DNA of 64,000 bases, from the IMG/VR virus record IMGVR_UViG_3300009157_000001, positions 62,635 through 126,634 of that record. The stretch is one strand, 5' to 3'. The notes beneath the pieces are model-generated. The model ran no database searches. It had not been told where the DNA came from and saw nothing but the letters and a program-made list of their open reading frames with translations. This DNA is from a virus. The translations under genes were made by a program, and so were the position numbers. Positions 1 to 9,439 of this stretch are shown here, piece by piece. Positions within the stretch are counted from its first letter, which is position 1. Each line of letters opens with the position of its first letter.

Positions 1-495
1 TGGTAGCCCATGAGGATCAGTTATTAGTTCATAAAAATTAGGAGGGAGTATCCCTTCCTGGATAAACTTGTCAACTACTACCCTTTTATCAATTTTCAAG
101 TCCTTAAGACTTAACTCAATAGGATAATCAGGATCAATCAGCTCAGATTCTGAGAACAGTTCTGATCCCAGGATACTCTTAGGAAACATCTGATCTGCAA
201 ATCCACCTACTATTTTATTCACTTTTTCCTGCTTAAGGATATTAACCAGGATCTTAGCCTTTTTGTGGACTTTCAAAATCCTCTGTTTTTTCTCCCTATG
301 CATCTCCTTTAACTCATTTGGCTGGAATATATCCAGACCATATAGTGCTCTCTGGTACAGAAACTTCTGGTACTTGGTCATAGATAATGCACTGTATCTG
401 CGTCCTTTATACTCAGAACCCTCCTGCTGAAGTTTTTCTAGTTTGCCGAGATACTGCAGGGATTTCTCAGACAACTGATCAATGATTGGAACCAT
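1..495 (-). CDS. Hypothetical phage protein, runs off the left edge (MVPIIDQLSEKSLQYLGKLE...)
   Basis: Manual translation from ATG at 495 is open for 165 codons to position 1; not in the ORF track because it is truncated. Confidence 0.8.
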   Translation of the reverse strand, partial: MVPIIDQLSEKSLQYLGKLEKLQQEGSEYKGRRYSALSMTKYQKFLYQRALYGLDIFQPNELKEMHREKKQRILKVHKKAKILVNILKQEKVNKIVGGFADQMFPKSILGSELFSESELIDPDYPIELSLKDLKIDKRVVVDKFIQEGILPPNFYELITDPHGLP

Positions 496-529
496 AAATA
501 TACAGATTTTTGGATGAATACTAGGAGAG

Positions 530-564
530 AAAAAAAGAGGAGAGGCCTGTATGACCCCTCCTCT
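530..564 (-). terminator. Rho-independent terminator
   Basis: Minus strand AGAGGAGGGG-loop-CCTCTCCTCT followed by a T run. Confidence 0.8.
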
Positions 565-665
565 GTTATAGATGATCTGGACTACTTCTTTTCCAGTCCG
601 GCTTTCTGAAGCTCCAGGTAAGCAGCCTTGATGGCCTCACCATTGGTATGAGCAACAAGCTCATC

Positions 666-1031
666 TTAAGCATCAGGATCCAAGGTGAACATCTGCTTGC
701 GGTAGATAGGATCCCCACCTACACAACAAACAATCTTGGTTTCACCAGCCACTTTATAATCCCTCTCAGGATTTTTAGGATTGAGGGCTTCCAGAGATTC
801 TTTGATGATAATCTTACCATCAATCTCCTGGCCATTTGCCCATTTCATTCCTTCCAGGTCAGCAACTGTACCCGGGATGAAAGCACTTACTTTCTGCCTG
901 CGCAAAAAGCCTGCTTCATCAATCATAGCACGGGTTTGTTCTACTCTCACTGAGCCATACTCAGGATTGTTTTTGGAAGCTACCACGACTTTTCCATCGG
1001 GTGATGCAACCACTTTCACTTTTGTGTTCAT
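666..1031 (-). CDS. Hypothetical phage protein; frame appears to continue past the TAA to about 582
   Basis: 121-aa ORF with A-rich leader; 27 further sense codons follow the TAA. Confidence 0.75.
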   Translation of the reverse strand: MNTKVKVVASPDGKVVVASKNNPEYGSVRVEQTRAMIDEAGFLRRQKVSAFIPGTVADLEGMKWANGQEIDGKIIIKESLEALNPKNPERDYKVAGETKIVCCVGGDPIYRKQMFTLDPDA

Positions 1032-1132
1032 TTTGAGTTGATTTTTGAGTTAAATAAGGACCATGAGTTGTAAAGATCACTCCAAACCCGGTCCGGGATC
1101 TGGATGACCTATATAGTGAAAGCACCTTCTTA

Positions 1133-1417
1133 CTAGGATTCAGTGCTGTCTATATCTTCTTCTGGAATTTCAAGAGTAGATTGATCAATCTCCTCTAATT
1201 TGGGTTTTTGTAGAGTATCCTCCTCTGGAGAGATATCTAGTTCATTACTAAGTCTTATAGACCTTTCTTTCTTTCCCAGGGCTGAACCATACCAGGGATA
1301 TTGTATTACTTCACCGGCATTAATAGAGAGGAGGTATTGATAATCCTGATCATCAAGATCAAGATATTCCTCCACGGACATATGGACCACTCTGCCGTTT
1401 CCTATACTTACTATCAC
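1133..1417 (-). CDS. Hypothetical protein with acidic C-terminus
   Basis: 94-aa ORF just downstream of a consensus promoter. Confidence 0.75.
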   Translation of the reverse strand: MIVSIGNGRVVHMSVEEYLDLDDQDYQYLLSINAGEVIQYPWYGSALGKKERSIRLSNELDISPEEDTLQKPKLEEIDQSTLEIPEEDIDSTES

Positions 1418-1445
1418 TAAATGAGGGTATTATACAAACAGACCC

Positions 1446-1477
1446 CAAAGTTAGTAAACCTTCATGATTTAAACAAA
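1446..1477 (-). promoter_or_regulatory. Bacteroidota-type housekeeping promoter (-33/-7)
   Basis: Minus strand TTTG-N20-TAACTTTG, matching the TTTG/TAnnTTTG consensus. Confidence 0.75.
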
Positions 1478-1554
1478 ATAAATTTGGAGATTAGGAAAGA
1501 GGGACCAATTTCCCCCTTTCCATCCTCTCCTGATTAATGGTTCCATCATTAATC

Positions 1555-2025
1555 TTAAGCTTCCTCTTCCTTCATCTCTGGAAGTACATCTTCCAAAGGT
1601 TGGACCTCTTTTTCATGTACTGGATACTCATATTGACAGTCTTGATCCTTAGAATCTTTATATGTGTACTGAACTTCCAGCTTATGCTTCTTATAAAGAT
1701 CTATTGCTATAATTTCAGTTTTGAGACAGTGTCCCTTAACAAATAGACCTGCAGACTCAGTCTTAGCATTATCTATGCTGTAACTGTTGAGGTGTTTTAC
1801 ATCAACCAAGACCTCATCACCTATTTTGTATGCAGAGACTGGAGCTAGACCTTGTAATGCCTTATAGAACTGCTCCAGACCATATCCATTCTCACTTTTA
1901 GAAAGATGATTTAATATCACATCTACTATGAGATTTCTATAAGGATGATTAATCATACCTCTTAGGGAATCTCTTAGCTCTTTTACTGTTATACTGACTT
2001 GTATCTTCTTATTATCCTCCAGCAT
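1555..2025 (-). CDS. Hypothetical protein
   Basis: 156-aa ORF co-oriented with the arm; hairpin follows at about 1494-1521. Confidence 0.75.
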   Translation of the reverse strand: MLEDNKKIQVSITVKELRDSLRGMINHPYRNLIVDVILNHLSKSENGYGLEQFYKALQGLAPVSAYKIGDEVLVDVKHLNSYSIDNAKTESAGLFVKGHCLKTEIIAIDLYKKHKLEVQYTYKDSKDQDCQYEYPVHEKEVQPLEDVLPEMKEEEA

Positions 2026-2149
2026 GTATCTTGAATAAATGGTTAAGTATCATGGGCCATAGTTCCGCTCCCGGGTCAGGTCAGCTCCCATGATACAAAC
2101 CCTATTGCGGATTTCCACCAATTTGTTTCTCATTTCTTCTTCTTAGGAC

Positions 2150-2503
2150 CTAATCAACTTTGGGCAAAACCTGTCTGTTGACATAATAATACATTATTTG
2201 TCCAGGAGAATCTTCCGGGGCAACAGTTATCATCTGAGCATAAACCTCACTTCCTACCCCTATAGATTTACCTATAGTAATAGTAAAAGAGGTTGAGTCA
2301 TTAATACAGTAGTACTTGTTTTCTCCAAGGTCTCTTAGAATCTTATACCGGTCTGCATTAATACTGATCTTGTTCTCAAACACAGCAACCTGTATATGAG
2401 AATCATGAGTCCCGGATTTAGTCCTGATCATACCTCCCTGATAATTCTGAGAATACACAAAAGAGGATATGACCAGTAATAGTACTGTAAATAGCTTTTC
2501 CAT
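2150..2503 (-). CDS. Hypothetical secreted protein
   Basis: Signal-peptide-like N-terminus MEKLFTVLLLVISSFVYS-Q. Confidence 0.7.
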   Translation of the reverse strand: MEKLFTVLLLVISSFVYSQNYQGGMIRTKSGTHDSHIQVAVFENKISINADRYKILRDLGENKYYCINDSTSFTITIGKSIGVGSEVYAQMITVAPEDSPGQIMYYYVNRQVLPKVD

Positions 2504-2537
2504 GTGTGAGTTAAAGTTTTGAGTTCAAGTTGAGTAA

Positions 2538-2569
2538 CAAATTTAGAGTTATTTCAGATCTTTTTCAAT
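2538..2569 (-). promoter_or_regulatory. Bacteroidota-type promoter
   Basis: Minus strand ATTG-N20-TAAATTTG. Confidence 0.65.
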
Positions 2570-2574
2570 AAGGT

Positions 2575-2817
2575 CTACAAAGTAGATACTAGGTACAAAT
2601 TATAGAGATCCTCAGTAGTCTTCTCAGGACTCTTTCCATCCTGTTGATTAAACCACCACATATCAGGTTTATCGGGTATTTTATATATACCATACTTAGC
2701 AATCCATAAAGCAAAGTCCTGACATTCCTTGGAATTTGTTATAGGTTCATAATGCTTAGTTTCATCACCTACTACTTTGACTTTGGATCCACAGACAGGA
2801 CAGTTTTGGCTACTCAT
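2575..2817 (-). CDS. Hypothetical protein with N-terminal CPVCG
   Basis: 80-aa ORF overlapping the upstream stop. Confidence 0.7.
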   Translation of the reverse strand: MSSQNCPVCGSKVKVVGDETKHYEPITNSKECQDFALWIAKYGIYKIPDKPDMWWFNQQDGKSPEKTTEDLYNLYLVSTL

Positions 2818-3343
2818 ATGGACAAACCCTTTCGTGTTTGTTCTTGTATATCTTCTGAAGTCTTTCGGAACTTACAGAGGATACTTCCTGATCGACCTGG
2901 TGGATCTCTTTAAGTACATCCAGTACTTTGCAAAGTCCCTCAAATTGCATAAGAGTTTCATTCTCAGACCTAACTGTCTTTTTAGAAATAGATTCAAAAG
3001 CCTTTTCTATCCTAGCAAGTTCTTTCCAGTGGTAACCCGTACATTCCACATGAGTCCTGATAACAGAATCTTTTCCCAGGATCTTTTCTGGAATTTTAGA
3101 AATGAACTGTCTTGAGTGTCCAGGTCTGCTGGTTACAAATAATCTGGTCCAAGTTCTCAGAGTAATCCGACTTCCCATTCTTTCCAGATCATCCATAGTA
3201 TAAGATTTGCCAAGTTTTTTCATCCCATCCCCCACAAGATTCCCTACAGCACAAGCAGTGCAATCTCCATGTTTGAGTTTTTTATCATTGTATGCATCCA
3301 GGAGTACATCTACTGAATGGTAATAAAGTTCTGATCTGTTCAT
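2810..3343 (-). CDS. Hypothetical phage protein (HGDCTACAVGNL motif)
   Basis: 177-aa ORF in a tightly packed run. Confidence 0.75.
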   Translation of the reverse strand: MNRSELYYHSVDVLLDAYNDKKLKHGDCTACAVGNLVGDGMKKLGKSYTMDDLERMGSRITLRTWTRLFVTSRPGHSRQFISKIPEKILGKDSVIRTHVECTGYHWKELARIEKAFESISKKTVRSENETLMQFEGLCKVLDVLKEIHQVDQEVSSVSSERLQKIYKNKHERVCPYE

Positions 3344-3363
3344 AATTTGATTAGGTTTAGATG

Positions 3364-3600
3364 TTAAGAAATTTCTTGGACCTGTATTCCGGTAACACAG
3401 GAGTAATGGACCTCTATTGCCACTGCATTATAAGGTTTACCGGCTCTACACTTATTCTGATCATCTAGGTCATTTCCCGGACCCAGAGCTACTAAAGTAG
3501 TATAATCCCCTTCTTTAAAAGGTTCCTTACAAGCAGGGCATTCCTGTCCAATAGAAGGATGATCTGATCTCTTGGGTCCAAATTTTGGTGCTTCACTCAT
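3364..3600 (-). CDS. Small putative zinc-binding protein
   Basis: CPAC...HYSC motif. Confidence 0.7.
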   Translation of the reverse strand: MSEAPKFGPKRSDHPSIGQECPACKEPFKEGDYTTLVALGPGNDLDDQNKCRAGKPYNAVAIEVHYSCVTGIQVQEIS

Positions 3601-3904
3601 TTATTTTCTCCTTTCTGATAGGTCTGAATAATAATCCTCCCCGCTCTACATAAGCTTTGATATTAGTAAATATCTCAAGAGCCATATCAGATTTTAGGTC
3701 CCTCAAGTCTTCTTCTGTGGGATTATACCATTCGTGGGTAGGCTCTAAGGATTGATCTACCCTGTACATAGAAGACCTGGCAGTTTTAGGTGGAGGACAT
3801 TCAGGACAAGCTATTAGAAAGGCCGTTGTCCCTTTATCTCTGTCCACAGTTACTGTTTTGTGACCCTCATTACAAATATAAATATTCTTCTTACCTTTGT
3901 ACAT
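3593..3904 (-). CDS. Putative zinc-ribbon protein
   Basis: CNEGH...CPEC motif. Confidence 0.7.
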   Translation of the reverse strand: MYKGKKNIYICNEGHKTVTVDRDKGTTAFLIACPECPPPKTARSSMYRVDQSLEPTHEWYNPTEEDLRDLKSDMALEIFTNIKAYVERGGLLFRPIRKEKINE

Positions 3905-4062
3905 AGTTGATTGATTTAATGAGTTTTAAATGGACAGGCAATATAGAACCCTTCAAGTTCCACAGATCCTATAAAGATCCTGTCCACTGTATAGACCTGG
4001 GAGTGTGAATGCCACATAACTAACATGAACTTCTCCTAGGTACTACACGTCCCTTTAAGGTT

Positions 4063-4494
4063 TTAGGCAACTAGTTTTCTTGAAAGATAACAGAGTACAG
4101 GGTCTACCTGACTAAAAGTACCGAGACCTTCTATAAAAGATATCTCGTCACTATTAGATAAACATAAAGGCATCCTGTGATGATAAGGTCTTACTGTTGG
4201 ATTTGCATCCACAGTAACAATACTAAACTCTCCTTCAGAGTTAAAAATTACTCCTATCTGAAAGTTTATACCACTATACCTTCTAAACTCTGCTCCTCCT
4301 TCCCAGAAGGACTCTATACTTAGAATCCCCCGGTTCTGCTCAATCTTCTTCCAAGTAGACTTAAGATTTTCCAGACGAGAGTTATAAGTATCTCCTCCAA
4401 ATAAACCCCAGGTCATCTCTCTTTCACCTTTTCTAGTTGCAATCCTGAACCTTGTTTTTGGGGCACTGAATCCCGCCCCTATCCTGTAACACAT
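4063..4494 (-). CDS. SRAP/HMCES (YedK-like) abasic-site-protecting protein, compact
   Basis: N-terminal Met-Cys (MCYR), MTWGL, YNSRLE, SFWE and HHRMP motifs typical of SRAP. Confidence 0.8.
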   Translation of the reverse strand: MCYRIGAGFSAPKTRFRIATRKGEREMTWGLFGGDTYNSRLENLKSTWKKIEQNRGILSIESFWEGGAEFRRYSGINFQIGVIFNSEGEFSIVTVDANPTVRPYHHRMPLCLSNSDEISFIEGLGTFSQVDPVLCYLSRKLVA

Positions 4495-4498
4495 ATTA

Positions 4499-5665
4499 TT
4501 AAGCAGCTACTGTTATAGAGTTTTCTCCCTTTATAAGATCAGCAGCATAAATCTGAAGATTTGTGGTGATCCTTTTGAAGAACAACTGAAGACTCTTTTC
4601 AGATACTATAGACTCAATTATCTCCCTTATATCTGCAGGACAAGAAGCATTTCTCAGTCCACAGATCTGATCTATAACAAACTCATTAGTACCTTCCCCA
4701 AAAATAGCTTTTCTTATACCAATAGTGAACCTTTTACTATAGTCATGGATAGGAGAAGGAGTATAACTAATAACAAAATAAGATAAGTCCTTAATTCTGT
4801 TTCTGTAGTTAGTATAAACACAATGACTCATCTCCTTCCCTTCTCTGAATAATTCCCGATCACTGGTTATCAAACAGAAGCCTTCAGGTAGTTCTGGTAT
4901 TTTACCATAACCAAAATCTGTATCTGGAATACTCATTACCTCATATTCCATGAGTTTTCTGGTCATTCTCTGATGTTCTTCTTCCAATCTCTTCTTGCTC
5001 CACCTGTGATCTACCTTTTCCCCAAGCATCATTGCTTGGTCTAGGATATCTTTGTATTGACTACCCTCAGGTTCTCCCTCTTCCACTATATGCTTCAAGT
5101 AAGCTGCTGGGTTCTTTGCTTGTTTGAGAAATCTGCTGTAATAAGCAAGAGTTGTATTTGGAGCCTCCTGAGCTAACTTATAGAAATACTTTGGAGAAAG
5201 TCCTTTTATCTTAAGACTTGTAGATACCCACCTCCTTATAAGCTGGGTAGGGTTAGTAATCTTTTTGCTTAGGATCAATCCTAAGGTAGTATCTGTGATT
5301 ACTTGTGTAATAGAATGAGGAAGTATGCAGACCCATTCATTACCTGTATATTTGAAAAGTTCACAGATAGCATGTATATTCTTACCTGTTTTTCCAAACC
5401 AGGTTTTGACCTTCCTTGTCTTTTTGTCATAAGACATACCAGATCGGACTTTGTCCCGTCTGTAAAAGGCTGTACCAAATCCTACTACTACTTCTTTACT
5501 GGAAAAACAGATCTTCTCGTCATTTTCATAGATCTCTTTATAAGTCATCCCAGTAAACTTCTTAGAAAAGACCATCCATCTCTGAACATCGGGAGCAAAC
5601 TCCTTTATCTTACTAAGAAGGTCCCAGTTCTCTCCAACGGTATTTACAAGTATTCTTTTTTCCAT
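4499..5665 (-). CDS. PcfJ-like domain protein
   Basis: C-terminal ELFREGKEMSHCVYTNY and DQICGLRN motifs; likely start MEKRIL at 5665 avoids overlap (track gives 5782). Confidence 0.7.
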   Translation of the reverse strand: MEKRILVNTVGENWDLLSKIKEFAPDVQRWMVFSKKFTGMTYKEIYENDEKICFSSKEVVVGFGTAFYRRDKVRSGMSYDKKTRKVKTWFGKTGKNIHAICELFKYTGNEWVCILPHSITQVITDTTLGLILSKKITNPTQLIRRWVSTSLKIKGLSPKYFYKLAQEAPNTTLAYYSRFLKQAKNPAAYLKHIVEEGEPEGSQYKDILDQAMMLGEKVDHRWSKKRLEEEHQRMTRKLMEYEVMSIPDTDFGYGKIPELPEGFCLITSDRELFREGKEMSHCVYTNYRNRIKDLSYFVISYTPSPIHDYSKRFTIGIRKAIFGEGTNEFVIDQICGLRNASCPADIREIIESIVSEKSLQLFFKRITTNLQIYAADLIKGENSITVAA

Positions 5666-5730
5666 AAACCTGCTAATTAGAAGACCATACCAGATCTCTC
5701 CAGTATGGTCTTGAGTTTTGTGATTATGAG

Positions 5731-6186
5731 TTATCTTACCAGTATATACCGGTAGAAAGAAGCTGATCCGGATGCTCCCCACTGATCCAGTACCATAGAA
5801 TCCTTAGTCAAGTATTTTATCTTGTATTCTGCATTAGTAATATACATAGAGGTGTCCTTATAAATAGCCCAGGTAGATCCTGTTACAGGAGTACAACTTA
5901 ATCCCTGAATACAGTAATACTTCATGGTCAAATTAGTACTGCTGAATACATTGGATGTGAAATCCATAAGACACTTATCTCTATCTGTGTTGTTATCCAC
6001 AGAAAAGAGAGTGTCTGGTGTCCCCATTCTCCACTCTCTTCGTTTGAAGAACCACTTACCAAGAGCATCCTGCTCCATTTTAGTAAGTGTGGGAGCAGTA
6101 GTTACCGGAGGTGTTGCAGGAGCCGGATTCTCCTTCTTACATGAGAACATTCCCAGCAAGATAAAACAAAACAATAGTTTTTTCAT
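5731..6186 (-). CDS. Lipoprotein, lipocalin-like
   Basis: Lipoprotein signal MKKLLFCFILLGMFS-CKKE; ALGKW and YKIKYLTKDSMVL patterns as in Bacteroidota lipoproteins. Confidence 0.7.
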   Translation of the reverse strand: MKKLLFCFILLGMFSCKKENPAPATPPVTTAPTLTKMEQDALGKWFFKRREWRMGTPDTLFSVDNNTDRDKCLMDFTSNVFSSTNLTMKYYCIQGLSCTPVTGSTWAIYKDTSMYITNAEYKIKYLTKDSMVLDQWGASGSASFYRYILVR

Positions 6187-6207
6187 AGTCTTAGTTTTTA
6201 GAGTTAC

Positions 6208-6239
6208 ACAATTTAGTCAAATTCAATGAGTTTATCAAG
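6208..6239 (-). promoter_or_regulatory. Bacteroidota-type promoter (variant)
   Basis: Minus strand CTTG-N20-TAAATTGT upstream of the lipoprotein gene. Confidence 0.45.
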
Positions 6240-6830
6240 AAGATTAATTATAACATTCTGAACAGATATAGGAGTTATTACTAACCAGTTAAATAGATCA
6301 GGAATCCCTACAACTTTATCAGGAAAATATACTTTCCAGATACTTTGTTCATCAAACCCCTTATCCATACACTCCTGGATAATAGTAACCAGGTCTGCTT
6401 TTGAGAACAATCTGTCTTTGTAAGGTTCCAATAATGTACAGTGAAAAATGATATCTTCACTAGTTGTACAAGCTCGGACTTGTCGCAGTATCTTAGTAAA
6501 AAGAATCATATCTAGGACAGGGTTGTCTATCTTAGGAAGTTTCTCTAGGAAAAGTTCTGTACATATAGTTGACCTAAAGCCTGTATTTATAGATTGATCT
6601 ATAATCCATCTCCCTTCAGATCTTGAAGTATTCGTTCCCTGTCCAGTACCCTTACCGAACTTTTCTGTCAAAAGCTTATAAAGAGCTGCTTTGCCATTTC
6701 TTTTATACCAAGACCCTCTTGTTAGTCTATATCCTGAGAACTTTACACCGATACTTACTGCTCTATACCCACACTCATAGTATACTGTGTTAAAATACTC
6801 TCTTATTCTTTCAGGGGACATGCTTTCCAT
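6213..6830 (-). CDS. Hypothetical protein
   Basis: 205-aa ORF in the operon. Confidence 0.7.
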   Translation of the reverse strand: MESMSPERIREYFNTVYYECGYRAVSIGVKFSGYRLTRGSWYKRNGKAALYKLLTEKFGKGTGQGTNTSRSEGRWIIDQSINTGFRSTICTELFLEKLPKIDNPVLDMILFTKILRQVRACTTSEDIIFHCTLLEPYKDRLFSKADLVTIIQECMDKGFDEQSIWKVYFPDKVVGIPDLFNWLVITPISVQNVIINLLDKLIEFD

Positions 6831-7564
6831 AGGGCTTCCAGATCAATATTCAGGGTAGTATTTTGTGGTATCTTACCCAGGATATTATCCAGAGTTCTTA
6901 TATCATGTTTCATATCCAAGGGCTCATAAATCTCATGGCCCACGCTTCTTAGATAATCCCTGAATTTGGTCCCATCCCCAAGTACTCCTTCTGAGAACTT
7001 AACCCACATACAAGGTTTCTCATAGGTATGAGCTACTATAATTCCATGAAGTGAAGAACTGATTAACTGCTCACATTCCTGGACCCGGTTTACTACATGT
7101 TCTATACCCAAAGTCAGATCAATTACCTGGACTTCTTTCATGTCCCAGTATTTCATCTTAGTCTGTGCATAATCAATCATATGAGGGATTATCCCGAGTT
7201 TATACTTCTTTCCTCCTACTTGCCCAGAATAAAACCTGGGTAGTAAAAGGCAAGGATCTCCATAAACCTCAGGACAGTCATGACCAAATCTCATGATTAT
7301 CTCTCTACTTATAGGTCCTCTTACAGCCTTTATATCTAAAGGTTTCTTTATAAGAGTGTCAGAATAAGCTATCCCGGCACCCCACACAATACATGATTGA
7401 ATCATAGGATCATTGAGAAGACTTCCCGTTATCATATACTTAGGTTCATACTCCTGGTTAGACCAGACAGCATCAAGACCTGTTATTTGTTTTACTAAAT
7501 AAGCTGTCAGGTGATCCCCAAAGTTAGGGGACTTATGCCAGTAACAAGGTATTGCTTTGATCAT
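6803..7564 (-). CDS. Polysaccharide pyruvyl transferase (ExoV-like)
   Basis: NFGDHL, VWGAG, AVRGPISR, VYGDP, LGIIPH, ISSSLHGIIVAHTY and KFRDY motifs. Confidence 0.9.
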   Translation of the reverse strand: MIKAIPCYWHKSPNFGDHLTAYLVKQITGLDAVWSNQEYEPKYMITGSLLNDPMIQSCIVWGAGIAYSDTLIKKPLDIKAVRGPISREIIMRFGHDCPEVYGDPCLLLPRFYSGQVGGKKYKLGIIPHMIDYAQTKMKYWDMKEVQVIDLTLGIEHVVNRVQECEQLISSSLHGIIVAHTYEKPCMWVKFSEGVLGDGTKFRDYLRSVGHEIYEPLDMKHDIRTLDNILGKIPQNTTLNIDLEALWKACPLKE

Positions 7565-7728
7565 GTTTTGCTCATTTTTTCATAAGTAGATATATGAATC
7601 TTCAACAGATCCAACCGTCTTTTGAATTCTTTTTTCCTAAATTTGCTCAATGCCAGAAGCATCTTTACATCCCCCTGAAATTGGTAAGCAAAAGCCTCTT
7701 CTCTATTCTTTGGTACAAGTTTGCTCAT
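7561..7728 (-). CDS. Small hypothetical protein (55 aa)
   Basis: Manual translation MSKLVPKNREEAF...; stop overlaps the next start (ATGA). Confidence 0.6.
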   Translation of the reverse strand: MSKLVPKNREEAFAYQFQGDVKMLLALSKFRKKEFKRRLDLLKIHISTYEKMSKT

Positions 7729-7731
7729 AAG

Positions 7732-8217
7732 TTACCTCCATTTTACTTTTCTCATCTTCAGACTCATCCCCTTTTCCATAAGGAGATTTCCTGCATAGTC
7801 ATAACAGACTACATGCCCATTATACATACCAAAGTTATCGTATTTTATATCTGTCAGGAACTCAGGTAGTTTAGCTGGGTACGGATATATCAAAGGTTTA
7901 CATTTCTTCATTAGAAGTATTCTACCACACTTAGACATCAAGGTCACCGGGGCAAACCACTTATTGATACTCTTTACTTCAGATACCCGGGTCCAGACCT
8001 GGTGTTCCATAACATTGGCATTCCAGTTACTCACATCAATCTTAATCACTGTAGTTTTATCAAAGGGATTCTCAAAGACCCGTCTACTACAACCATACCC
8101 TAACATTTCTCCCAGAAAGAAGTCTGCAAATTCCAGGGATACAATCTTGTCACTAAGTATTTGTTCTATAGCCTCATCTTTAGTAAACATCAGTCTCGGG
8201 GCATTATAAAAACACAA
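7732..8217 (-). CDS. Minimal protein-kinase-like enzyme
   Basis: LGYGCSRRVF (P-loop-like), VIKI, E, TDIKYDNFG (catalytic loop) and CYDYA; start may be 8190. Confidence 0.7.
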   Translation of the reverse strand: MCFYNAPRLMFTKDEAIEQILSDKIVSLEFADFFLGEMLGYGCSRRVFENPFDKTTVIKIDVSNWNANVMEHQVWTRVSEVKSINKWFAPVTLMSKCGRILLMKKCKPLIYPYPAKLPEFLTDIKYDNFGMYNGHVVCYDYAGNLLMEKGMSLKMRKVKWR

Positions 8218-8783
8218 CCCCTGCGGGCCCCAGTTGCCTGGTGATTAAAATAATGATAGTAATTGTCTTGTCCATAGATATTATCTATGTGATTCTTAAT
8301 CCAGGACCACTCATAGACTATTTTCTGATCCGGATAAGTATCATATCCTAAAGTAAGATCATTAGGGGACTTGAAGTCATGAATAGCAATTATAGGCTTG
8401 ATTTCTGCCCAAGCTATCTGTTCTAACTCCTTGAGTACCGGGTTTTTATACCAATGAGCATCCAGGAATATAAGACATGCTCTCTTGGAAAGAGAAGCAA
8501 GTACTTTCCCCAAATCCTTAGAAGAATCCCCTTCTACTGTTTGTACATGAGAGAACTCTTTCAGAGTAGCCCGGGCTATTTTCAGGTATTCCGGATTGGA
8601 CTCTATAGTTACTACCTTTTCAAAGTTCTGAGCCAACCACTCAGTAGTAACTCCATGATAGGTTCCAGTTTCAACTACTTCTTTAATCTTGTATTTATCC
8701 CTGAGGTTCAGGAATTCATCTTGGAGAAAACTATCTCCATTAAAAGGAAGGGCTTTTGTCATAGTTTTTATATTTCTTCCCAA
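8190..8783 (-). CDS. Class I SAM-dependent methyltransferase
   Basis: VVETGTYHG, TIE, GDS, IFLDAH and IAIHD motifs. Confidence 0.85.
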   Translation of the reverse strand: MGRNIKTMTKALPFNGDSFLQDEFLNLRDKYKIKEVVETGTYHGVTTEWLAQNFEKVVTIESNPEYLKIARATLKEFSHVQTVEGDSSKDLGKVLASLSKRACLIFLDAHWYKNPVLKELEQIAWAEIKPIIAIHDFKSPNDLTLGYDTYPDQKIVYEWSWIKNHIDNIYGQDNYYHYFNHQATGARRGCVFIMPRD

Positions 8784-9439
8784 TCAGCATCAGGTCTATG
8801 AGCATGATAAGGATAATGTTGAAAGTCTACTTTAATCTCTGCATTTGGATCAACCAAAAGGTCTTTCCTGAGCATATACAGGTTCAGGGCATCATTCTGA
8901 AATATGACCTTGTAACCGGTCATCTCGGCAAGTTTGACCCCGGCACTGAAACTGAATCCATAGAAGTCATCTCCAGAATACTTATGATCGGGATTGTATC
9001 TTATAGTCTTACTAAACTCAATAGGAATAGTCCCATTTATTTCACAAACTACCAGATCTGGTTGATACTCAGTTATTACCTCTTTTAGAATATAATAATC
9101 ATTACCATCCAGATCCAATGACAAGAAAGAGAACTTCTTAGGACAAGAATAGGACCTGAGAGTCTCTATAATATTGTCTCTAGTAACCCAGAGATTCTTA
9201 ATCTCTGGGTTACCAAAGTTCTTTCCATCTATAAGAATACTATTGTATCCTTTCTCCATCCTGAAGTACCTAGTATTAGAGTTACTTTTTCCATCACTGG
9301 CTCCTATATCAACAAGGAATTTATCCCCATAACCTATATGACTCAGAATGAAGTCAATATAACCCTCTTCTCCGGCCTGGCTCCACTTCTTAATCTTAGG
9401 GGAAGATCCGATCTTGTTTATCCAGGAATCATCTTTCAT
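8768..9439 (-). CDS. FkbM-like methyltransferase
   Basis: SQAGEEG, VDIGASDGKSNSNT, LSLDLDGNDY and VVCE motifs. Confidence 0.85.
   Translation of the reverse strand: MKDDSWINKIGSSPKIKKWSQAGEEGYIDFILSHIGYGDKFLVDIGASDGKSNSNTRYFRMEKGYNSILIDGKNFGNPEIKNLWVTRDNIIETLRSYSCPKKFSFLSLDLDGNDYYILKEVITEYQPDLVVCEINGTIPIEFSKTIRYNPDHKYSGDDFYGFSFSAGVKLAEMTGYKVIFQNDALNLYMLRKDLLVDPNAEIKVDFQHYPYHAHRPDADWEEI

Noticed and set aside
1110-1135. Similarity to 25186-25210 (TAAGAAGGTG...CTATATA, opposite strands)
   Set aside because: Only two copies with different spacing; could be chance in AT-rich DNA
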